From a virus (Duplodnaviria; Caudoviricetes): DNA of 31,834 nt. Position numbers and translations under genes: made by a program. Every line of letters begins with the position of its first letter. The first letter of the stretch is position 1. The notes under the pieces were generated by a model. That model saw nothing but the letters and a program-made list of their open reading frames with translations, ran no database searches and had not been told where the DNA came from. The stretch is from the IMG/VR virus record IMGVR_UViG_3300002907_000005, positions 1 to 31,834 of that record. One strand, given 5' to 3'. This document shows positions 8,481-15,256 of this stretch, piece by piece.

Positions 8481-9038
8481 ATGAATGTAGTTCATTTGAA
8501 CGCGGTATTTCCTAAATATCCCATCACCATTGAAGATAAGGGATGGGTATATGGCGTTTGGTACTGTGGGACGGCGTGGGATAAGGTCAGACTTCATGGA
8601 CAATATCCGCCTACGTTTCTTAAACGCGCGCTTGCGCTTTTCCCGGAAGCCAAAAACATTTTGCATTGCCCAAGCGGAACCGTAGAAGGACCGGGGATAA
8701 CTATTGACGCCAAGCGAGATGATATCCGTAAACCGCAAATAGTCTCCTGCGCGTCTTCATTGCCACTGAGTGACAGATCTCTTGACCTCATACTAAGTGA
8801 TCCTCCATATACTATTGCCGATAGTAAGAAATATGGGTGCGCCCCATTTCCATTAGGAAAATTTATGCGAGAGTGCAGGAGAGTGCTTCGCATAGGCGGA
8901 CATATGGGAATGCTCCACACTTACTATCCATCTTACCGGCGCAAGGAGTGGAGGCTCGTTGGACTTATCGCGGTTGTGACTGGGTTCCAGCGAGCCACGA
9001 GAATGTTCTCAATTTTTGAGAATCTCGAAGATGCCTAG
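8481..9038 (+). CDS. Orphan DNA amino-methyltransferase (N6-A/N4-C type)
   Basis: G.YP..FL, LH..SG motif I-like segment, DLILSDPPY catalytic motif, RVLR.GG. Confidence 0.8.
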   Translation: MNVVHLNAVFPKYPITIEDKGWVYGVWYCGTAWDKVRLHGQYPPTFLKRALALFPEAKNILHCPSGTVEGPGITIDAKRDDIRKPQIVSCASSLPLSDRSLDLILSDPPYTIADSKKYGCAPFPLGKFMRECRRVLRIGGHMGMLHTYYPSYRRKEWRLVGLIAVVTGFQRATRMFSIFENLEDA

Positions 9039-9065
9039 CTTCCCCAAATCCCGCCGCGATCGGCT

Positions 9066-9584
9066 ATGAGGCGCGCGGACTTATCCAAGCGTCTGCGCGA
9101 TCAGCTTGCAGAAGCGCGTGCTGGCAATGCGTTCGTCGATGCCATATACGGCGATGGCAAGCCGCCGCAGGTTGTGTATCCGCCCGAGAAGCCGAAGCGG
9201 GAGCGGAAGGTGCGTGACGAGCTGGTGCCGAGCGAGCATCAGTCACAATGCGCGGTCATTTCGTGGTGGCGCTTGGCTCATGCAGGCTATGGGCTGCCAG
9301 AGTTTGCACTATTCGCCATCCCTAATGGGGGTGCACGTGATCCAATCACCGGCTCGCGGCTTAAAGCCGAGGGCGTACGACCAGGTCTCCCTGATTTGAT
9401 GCTGGCGGTGAAGCGCGGGCATTACGGCGGCCTTGTCATCGAGATGAAGAAGATCGGCAACCAGACTAACACCACGCAAAAGGAAGTGCTCGCTTACTTT
9501 GGCCGAGCCGGTTATGCGTGGGAAGTGTGCTGGACAGCGGACGCGGCAATCGCCACAATAAAGAGTTATCTCGCTGCATCGTAG
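9066..9584 (+). CDS. VRR-NUC domain nuclease
   Basis: EH..Q, LFAIPNGG.R, LKAEGV.PG.PDL, IEMK, Q...L......GY. Confidence 0.88.
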   Translation: MRRADLSKRLRDQLAEARAGNAFVDAIYGDGKPPQVVYPPEKPKRERKVRDELVPSEHQSQCAVISWWRLAHAGYGLPEFALFAIPNGGARDPITGSRLKAEGVRPGLPDLMLAVKRGHYGGLVIEMKKIGNQTNTTQKEVLAYFGRAGYAWEVCWTADAAIATIKSYLAAS

Positions 9585-9782
9585 TAACCTAGGGGGGCGC
9601 ATGACCAATGGCGATCTGATAGAGGAACTATCGCGCTATCCTAAACACTTATCCGTCAAAGTCGTGATAAGCGAAATCTGGTCATGCCTCAACTAGGTTG
9701 TAACCGTCCAAGGGAGATAGACGATGGGCCATAGGGCTAGAATTGCCCACTATCTAGGGCGAATCCTCAGGGAGGATTGGTC

Positions 9783-10355
9783 ATGCGCAATTGGACGTAT
9801 TGGGATTGGATTGCTTACACGGGACTCGCGTTCTCTGTTCTTATTCCTGCGGCTAAAGATGGACTAAAGGAACTTTCGGTGGGCGCTACTCCGCAATATC
9901 TATTGTCGCCAATCTGGACATTCCTGCCTGCGATCCTCTTTATTGGGGCCACTTGCATTCTGATTGCAAGGGCGTTTGGGTGGATTGGCGGTAATTCATC
10001 TCGTCTAGGTTCATGGTCTGACAAGATGGAACCTATAAACGAACGAACTTATCTTAATGAGACGATAGAAATAGACGGGAAAAGTTTTAACCGATGCAAA
10101 TTTACCAATGTGAAATTTTTCTATCGCGGGACGGGACCAGTCGCGGTTATTGAGTGCGAAATTCAAGGCTCGCTAGCCATCGAAACTGATAGCAAAGGCG
10201 CCCATACCTATTACATGCTATCGGAACGTCTCCAGAGTTCTTCTTCTCGGGTTGTTATCGGCACGCGCAATCCCGTCTCCGGCGAAATTAAAGTCTTTAG
10301 CACGATGACTCGCAACCCCGAGCAAGCCGATCAATCCGATAAGCAGAAACGTTAA
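9783..10355 (+). CDS. Passenger membrane protein (two N-terminal hydrophobic segments, C-terminal beta-rich domain)
   Basis: Two TM-like stretches; NETIEIDGKSF..C.F.NV resembles a pentapeptide/beta-helix segment; lower GC than the flanks. Confidence 0.75.
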   Translation: MRNWTYWDWIAYTGLAFSVLIPAAKDGLKELSVGATPQYLLSPIWTFLPAILFIGATCILIARAFGWIGGNSSRLGSWSDKMEPINERTYLNETIEIDGKSFNRCKFTNVKFFYRGTGPVAVIECEIQGSLAIETDSKGAHTYYMLSERLQSSSSRVVIGTRNPVSGEIKVFSTMTRNPEQADQSDKQKR

Positions 10356-10433
10356 CACGCTCTAATTGTCGCGCCGAAAATGCTAGGGTTCATTCAGCTA
10401 GTTTCGCGATTCATATGATTTCCTCTCAAGCAT

Positions 10434-10462
10434 ATTATTCACTTTAAGAGGATTGTAGTCAA
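10434..10462 (-). promoter_or_regulatory. Leftward promoter inside the element
   Basis: TTGACT (10462-10457), 17 nt, AATAAT (10439-10434), followed by GAGAGGA SD and ATG 10414. Confidence 0.5.
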
Positions 10463-10526
10463 GCATAAAGTTCAGTTTAGAAAATACTAAACGTAAGTCA
10501 TTGAACCTGTTTACCTTTTATAGGTA

Positions 10527-10556
10527 TTGACGGGTTAACTAGAAGAATCAGATAAT
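10527..10556 (+). promoter_or_regulatory. Rightward promoter inside the element
   Basis: TTGACG, 18 nt, GATAAT, with an AT-rich upstream region. Confidence 0.6.
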
Positions 10557-10562
10557 TACAGA

Positions 10563-10801
10563 CGCAAAAAGAGGGCGGACCGGGGGAGACTCCAACTCCC
10601 GACTTCCCGCTTAGTAGGCGGGCACTCTATGCGACTGAGTTACCGGCCCTCCAAATGCAGCACCACCACGACCTACGCGAGTGATCTTTTCTAGGGACTT
10701 GCTCGCGTAGGTCTTCTCTTTCATGGCCCGCGCACGGTGGGTTACCGGACGATCAGATGGGCTAGCTGGTTCGTGTCTCTAGGGCGCTTTAAGCGGGCCA
10801 T
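10563..10801 (+). ncRNA. Candidate structured ncRNA (cloverleaf-like domain plus two long stems)
   Basis: GAGGGC/GCCCTC (10571/10651) closes three hairpins; 12-bp perfect stem 10670-10681/10702-10713; 9-bp stem 10723-10731/10793-10801; no ORF of 60 aa or more. Confidence 0.5.
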
Positions 10802-11168
10802 CCGAACATTCTATCCCGCACCTTCCAGGCTAGTCCCGCGCTGTTTCAATCAAACTGAGGCATGACCCGAAATCTATGGCGCGCAAGACCTCGCGGGCGA
10901 CTTCAACGATGAATACCGGATCGAGTTGAATAGGGAGGATGCCATAGAAGCGGAGGCGGTCATCCACATGGGCAACTTCCTCCTGATCGAGAGCAAATAG
11001 CATGACCACCGCATCCTCAGCTGCCGCAATTCTCCCGCGCGTTCATGCGGCACATGCTGTAGAATCTTAGCTTGCCGGTGACGGCTCGGTTTAAAGCGCG
11101 AATGGGTTGATCGCCCCGCCACGCCGCAACGTGGCTAGCGCCCGAACAATTACCTTTGCGGAGGTTCT

Positions 11169-11810
11169 ACGAACTTCTATAAGCACTATCTTGGTGACTA
11201 TGCCAGGGACACGGCGCATCTCTCAGTCACCGAACATGGCGTCTATCGCCTCCTGATGGACCATTACTACGCGCTCCTCAAGCCTCTACCTGACGATTTT
11301 GCCTATCTTTGCCGCGTTGCAAAATGTCACTCAAGGCATGAAAAGGCCGCTTTGAGATCAATTCGAGATCAATTCTTCGACATCATCAACTGTCAACTTA
11401 GACACACACGCATAGACCAAGAAATCCTTAAATATCAACAAAACTCCGATACGAACCGTAAAGCAATCGAATCGAGATGGAATACGAACCGTAATACCAA
11501 GCCAGAAGCCAGAAGCCAGATACCAGAAGAATCTAAGTCAACACCATTAGCTTCGAGCCCTAACGGGCTCTCGGCTGGTCTCAATGGCAAAAGCGTTGCT
11601 TACATTCCGCTAGTGGACGGAACTGAATTCGGGCTTTCAGAAGGTGAGTTGGACGAGCTAAAGAAGGCCTACCCGGCTCTTGACTGCAAGCAGACAATGC
11701 TTGAAATCAGGGCATGGTGCATAGCTAATCCAACAAGGAAAAAGACCAGGAGAGGCGCAATGCGGTTCATCAATTCATGGATGGCTAGGCTTCAGGATCG
11801 GGCGCGCTGA
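11169..11810 (+). CDS. YdaU/DUF1376-family phage replication initiator-like protein (ACG start)
   Basis: (M)NFYKHYLGDYARDTAHLSVTEHGVYRLLMDHYY is the family N-terminus; C-terminal W..ANP.R.KT..G..RFI.SW; GGAGG precedes ACG; in-frame TAG at 11136. Confidence 0.85.
   Translation, partial: TNFYKHYLGDYARDTAHLSVTEHGVYRLLMDHYYALLKPLPDDFAYLCRVAKCHSRHEKAALRSIRDQFFDIINCQLRHTRIDQEILKYQQNSDTNRKAIESRWNTNRNTKPEARSQIPEESKSTPLASSPNGLSAGLNGKSVAYIPLVDGTEFGLSEGELDELKKAYPALDCKQTMLEIRAWCIANPTRKKTRRGAMRFINSWMARLQDRAR
11449..11527 (+). repeat. Iteron-like repeats within the replication gene (putative origin)
   Basis: ATACGAACCGTAA at 11449 and 11482 (33-bp spacing); AGCCAGA x3 near 11500-11520. Confidence 0.5.
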
Positions 11811-12223
11811 TGGCATACGACAGACCAGAGCGGGAGGCGGAGCATAAAAAGGCCGCAGGACCCACCATGTGCGAATGGAATGAGATGGGGGCCAACTGCC
11901 CGCATCGCGGCATCCTTTCACCCGGTAATCTCGGCTATGGCCCCTGGTATTGCCGCGAGCATTTCTATGATCTGCGCGGCTATCCGGATATGAAAGCTGA
12001 GAACCTGCATGGCAACCAGCTGCCAAAGACGCCACTGCATTCGATTGCGGTTGACGAGATACACAAGAAAATACGCGAGAAATTCGCGGCCAGAACGGCT
12101 CCGGCGGTCAATCCTACCGCCTTCGCGCATCCCATTGAGGACGAGGAAACGGAGGCTGCGTTTGCGGCTTATATGGCCGAACCCGTAAAAGAGGACTCCG
12201 AAACGCCGCAGGAAGTATCCTAA
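11810..12223 (+). CDS. Hypothetical protein with Cys/His cluster
   Basis: Coupled to the replication gene; C...C...WYC..H. Confidence 0.7.
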   Translation: MAYDRPEREAEHKKAAGPTMCEWNEMGANCPHRGILSPGNLGYGPWYCREHFYDLRGYPDMKAENLHGNQLPKTPLHSIAVDEIHKKIREKFAARTAPAVNPTAFAHPIEDEETEAAFAAYMAEPVKEDSETPQEVS

Positions 12224-12246
12224 ACCGCGCCAGGATCACCCAGGAG

Positions 12247-12444
12247 CTAATATTGTCTCTTCCGTGGCTCCCACTGAGGGACCTTTTCCTTGACGGGGAC
12301 CTCAGCCCGCAAGCGCCTCTCAGCCAGCAGCCGATAGAACGAACTGGGCAGCACGCCTGCCTTCCGCGCCGCCGCATGAGCATTGACCCCGGCAGCATGT
12401 AGCCGCAGGGCTTCCTTCATCTCGGCGGAGCGTTTAGCGCCCAT
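12247..12444 (-). CDS. Small HTH-like protein
   Basis: MGAKRS.EM..AL.L...G.....AA..AGV..SS.YR pattern. Confidence 0.6.
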   Translation of the reverse strand: MGAKRSAEMKEALRLHAAGVNAHAAARKAGVLPSSFYRLLAERRLRAEVPVKEKVPQWEPRKRQY

Positions 12445-12604
12445 TAGGCAGGACTTGCTTGTAATGACAAAGCGCATTGACGGCCTCGCTCGCATCCATG
12501 CCGCGCAGAACCATTTCTTCAAGCGCCTGACGGCGAGGGACTGGCTGCGAATGCCCGCACAGCACCAGCTCATCAAGCCAGCGGTCCGTTATGGTCTTAT
12601 TCAT
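12434..12604 (-). CDS. 56-aa hypothetical protein
   Basis: MNKTITDRWLDELVLCG...; overlaps both neighbours. Confidence 0.4.
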   Translation of the reverse strand: MNKTITDRWLDELVLCGHSQPVPRRQALEEMVLRGMDASEAVNALCHYKQVLPNGR

Positions 12605-13034
12605 GCCGCACCTTCGTCAACACGGCGCGGGCAAGAATGCGAATGGCTCGGCTCAAAGCTAAGCCATTTGTTCGGTCGCACATAGCGTCTATCCGTTTCA
12701 GCGCCTCGACCAGCTCCCTGTTCTGCGCGGCGAGGGCGTCATTAGAATACTTCAAGTTGTCGCGTTCACAGACGAGCGCGGCCATAACAGACCCTTCACG
12801 CTCGACATTTTCCAGCGCCTCCAGCGATACGCCTTCAAGGGCATTGACGCAAGCCACGATACGCCGGGCGTTGGCGTTAGTATGTACGTCGGCTATAGGA
12901 TCAAGCGTGCCTCCAATAGTGTCTCCGTTACGATAAATCGTGTTTTCGGTGGCGACGTTTCCAGGCGAGCGTTTAACAATCCACTTACCGGGCGTATGCT
13001 CTCCCGCGCGGGGCTTTGCGTTAGGGGCGGTCAT
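12597..13034 (-). CDS. Phage protein (HTPG.W...ANARRI type)
   Basis: HTPGKW and ANARRIVACVNA motifs; GAGGGAG RBS. Confidence 0.75.
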   Translation of the reverse strand: MTAPNAKPRAGEHTPGKWIVKRSPGNVATENTIYRNGDTIGGTLDPIADVHTNANARRIVACVNALEGVSLEALENVEREGSVMAALVCERDNLKYSNDALAAQNRELVEALKRIDAMCDRTNGLALSRAIRILARAVLTKVRHE

Positions 13035-13092
13035 TTCGTTCTCCCTCATGGTTTCAAAGTAGGAATAGTCGCTGGGCCAGTAGGACATGGCG

Positions 13093-13266
13093 CTAGATAG
13101 CTGCCAGTCGGCGCAGTTGAGCGCGGCTGATGCCTTCCTTCGCCATGCGCTCCTTGCACAGCGCCACAGTTTCAGCGGAGTTCGCCTTCACGGTCGCGTC
13201 GGTGAAATTCCTGACGCGGGCTTCAGCCTCAGTAAGAATCTGCCACAATTCACGATAGGTCATCAT
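13093..13266 (-). CDS. Small hypothetical protein
   Basis: GGAGGA RBS, MMTYRELWQILTE... Confidence 0.55.
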   Translation of the reverse strand: MMTYRELWQILTEAEARVRNFTDATVKANSAETVALCKERMAKEGISRAQLRRLAAI

Positions 13267-13319
13267 TCCTCCCGTTTGCCTTACGTTGGAAATCATCCCC
13301 GGTGTAGCGACCGGCGGCG

Positions 13320-13772
13320 CTAGAGCCATTGCTGACGTGTCCTGATTCTGGAAATCTGCGTCTGTGATACCCCAAACTCTGCGGCGATAGCTTCCTGCGG
13401 CTTGGTCGAAGCTCTGATGGCGATGACTTGCTCCAAGGAGAGCTTAGCGTTGTAGTTGGCCGTTCCAGCCTGAACGCGTCCACGCGATCCGTCTGGATTG
13501 CCGCGACCGCGACCCTTGAGGTGCATATCGCGGTTATTGTCGCCGCGAGTCCCAAGGAATAGATGGGCTGGATTTACGCAGCATCGCACATCGCATGAAT
13601 GGCACACGCACAGAGCGCCAGTGATCTGGCCACGGTAAAGCGCATAGGCCATTCGATGGGCATACTGATTGAACCATTTCGCATAACCCTTCTCGCTGAG
13701 TTTGCGCATCCAAATCCAGCACCCAGAGAAGGGAATGCGCTCAATGGTGGCTTCAAATTGTTCAAGGTTCAT
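13320..13772 (-). CDS. HNH homing-type endonuclease with C-terminal HTH
   Basis: GCWIW, AHRMAY, VCHSCD..CCVNPAHLFLGT..DN..DM..KGR, AKL...V..IR...IA..FGVS. Confidence 0.92.
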   Translation of the reverse strand: MNLEQFEATIERIPFSGCWIWMRKLSEKGYAKWFNQYAHRMAYALYRGQITGALCVCHSCDVRCCVNPAHLFLGTRGDNNRDMHLKGRGRGNPDGSRGRVQAGTANYNAKLSLEQVIAIRASTKPQEAIAAEFGVSQTQISRIRTRQQWL

Positions 13773-13802
13773 CAGATTACCCCAATCGGACTGCTCACCC
13801 TC

Positions 13803-13831
13803 ACTGTAGCATTATGAACTAGCGCTGTCAA
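13803..13831 (-). promoter_or_regulatory. Leftward promoter for the HNH operon
   Basis: TTGACA (13831-13826), 17 nt, TACAGT (13808-13803), with a TG extension. Confidence 0.7.
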
Positions 13832-13985
13832 GCACTATTTGCGTCAGCACAAACAAAGGTGTAGAACGCAAGCATCACCAGAGCACAGCCGCCTGAACGG
13901 GCGTCCCCGGAGTGGGAATGGCTTTGGGGGGATAGGGGGGCCGTAACATGGAATTCCCACCATTTGCATTTTCTACTCCAGAAAG

Positions 13986-13994
13986 TGCTACGAT
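13986..13994 (+). promoter_or_regulatory. Extended -10 promoter for terS
   Basis: TGcTACGAT, 7 nt before ATG 14002. Confidence 0.45.
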
Positions 13995-14001
13995 AGACGC
14001 A

Positions 14002-14535
14002 ATGAACGAACACCACTACTCCCGCATTGATGCAGGACAATCACGGCAATCCATCACGAAGCCCATAGCAGCCATCCCGGTCGAAAACCCCGACCTGCCT
14101 TCAGCCAAAGCCCAGATCGTCGCACAGGCGATCTTAGATCACTCCGAAGGCAAATCTCTCCGTCAGATAGCCCAGCACCTCGATGTTAGCTACGAAGGAT
14201 TGCGCATCTGGATGCTTCAGGAGCAACCAGCTAACTACAAAGCCGCCCAAGAACTCGGGCTAATCTCAAGGATCGTCTATGCGGATAAAGAGTTGGATGA
14301 TGCCGCAAACAGCCTTGATATCGCACGCGCACGCGAGACTGGCAAGTTCGCTCGATGGGATGCAGAGCGCAGACTCCCTCACTTATTCGGTCAAAAGCAA
14401 GAGGTGACGCACAAGGGACACGCTCCGGTCCTGAGCATCACGATTGTGGATAACTCGGGCAAAATCGTGGATAACTTGGGTCAGGATCAACATAGCAGCG
14501 TTATGTTAAATACGCCTGAGCTGCCTCAGAAGTAG
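14002..14535 (+). CDS. terS: Terminase small subunit (Sf6 gp1-like)
   Basis: G.SLR.IA..L..S HTH; Y..A; RW.A....P..FG.KQEV.H.G; position ahead of the packaging module. Confidence 0.75.
   Translation: MNEHHYSRIDAGQSRQSITKPIAAIPVENPDLPSAKAQIVAQAILDHSEGKSLRQIAQHLDVSYEGLRIWMLQEQPANYKAAQELGLISRIVYADKELDDAANSLDIARARETGKFARWDAERRLPHLFGQKQEVTHKGHAPVLSITIVDNSGKIVDNLGQDQHSSVMLNTPELPQK
14445..14511. promoter_or_regulatory. Two DnaA-box-like 9-mers followed by a dif-like site
   Basis: TGTGGATAA (14445-14453), CGTGGATAA (14466-14474), exact XerD arm TTATGTTAAAT (14501-14511). Confidence 0.5.
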
Positions 14536-14735
14536 GCAAGCATCGGCTCGCCCCGGTTTCAAGACTCGCGCGGTCATGCGCTGTAAGCATGCTTTCCCTG
14601 CCAGGTTTTGACCCAGGGGGCTATCTTTCCGGCTTGACGGGCAAGGGGCTATGCTGGGTTACATACTCCCCATCCCCCAGAAAAATGAGCCCGGAGAGTG
14701 CTTGCAATTTAAAATCATGTGTGATTCAATATCGC

Positions 14736-14912
14736 ATGGAAGAAATTAAGCGGTTGCCGTGCGAGGAGCTTGGAAAATGCATCTACCCGAGTTGTTTGAA
14801 AAGTTGCCATGATCCAAACTGCAAGAGCTTATGCCACCTCGGGCCGTCGTGGCATCAAAGGCATCTGGTTATAGAAGCAGAACGCGCAGGAAAACTTCGT
14901 GCCGGAAATTAA
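14736..14912 (+). CDS. Small Cys-rich protein
   Basis: MEEIKRLPCEELGKCIYPSC..SCH..NC..LCH; preceded by TTGCAA, 17 nt, TTCAAT. Confidence 0.5.
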   Translation: MEEIKRLPCEELGKCIYPSCLKSCHDPNCKSLCHLGPSWHQRHLVIEAERAGKLRAGN

Positions 14913-15093
14913 GAATGCTGGGGCGCAGGCGGTTCGGACTCCTCCCTCCGATGCGGTGCTGCCTGCGACCTCAGCTTCGGTATCCGGGAAGAAGATTGGA
15001 AGGCCGAGGTTGAACCGGACTGCGGAAGAAAAAAAAGCGCTGAGGAGGGAGTATTTGAGGAAGTATCGGGCGAGGAAACGTGAGTCTGCTTGA
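14899..15093 (+). CDS. Small basic protein
   Basis: GRPR...RREYLRKYRARK; AGGA RBS. Confidence 0.55.
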   Translation: MPEIKNAGAQAVRTPPSDAVLPATSASVSGKKIGRPRLNRTAEEKKALRREYLRKYRARKRESA

Positions 15094-15256
15094 GTTGCTG
15101 ATGCAGCATCTGGTGCCTGCTGGTCCTGCGCCAGCGCAGAGGGTGGCGGGGGTGCTGCCTGGGAGGAGTCCATCGCAGGAGGATTTCCTGCTGCAGCAGT
15201 TGCGTGCTCAGAGCGATGTGAAGAGTCTGGAAGCGCTGTTCCAGAAGTACAAATGA
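15080..15256 (+). CDS. 58-aa hypothetical protein
   Basis: GAGGA RBS plus GTG; ATGA overlap with the epimerase gene. Confidence 0.45.
   Translation: MSLLELLMQHLVPAGPAPAQRVAGVLPGRSPSQEDFLLQQLRAQSDVKSLEALFQKYK

Larger units (their letters stand above)
9680..10867. mobile_element. Non-autonomous IS-like cassette (TIRs, 8-bp TSD, no transposase)
   Basis: Perfect 12-bp TIR GGTCATGCCTCA (9680-9691) / TGAGGCATGACC (10856-10867), extending imperfectly to 20/25; CGAAATCT duplicated at 9672-9679 and 10868-10875. Confidence 0.9.
9601..11000 (+). pseudogene. 67-aa phage gene interrupted by an insertion element
   Basis: Removing 9680-10875 (element plus one TSD copy) joins MTNGDLIEELSRYPKHLSVKVVISEI in frame to YGAQDLAGDF...LLIESK* (stop 10998-11000). 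Confidence 0.85.

Noticed and set aside
10571-10653. tRNA gene (cloverleaf ending in CCA)
   Set aside because: No TTCG T-loop or D-loop consensus and the arm lengths do not fit. Kept only as a generic structured RNA.
9680-10867. Autonomous IS, intron or IS110/bridge-type element
   Set aside because: No transposase, recombinase or RT ORF. An 8-bp TSD with true terminal IRs fits a DDE-type non-autonomous element instead.
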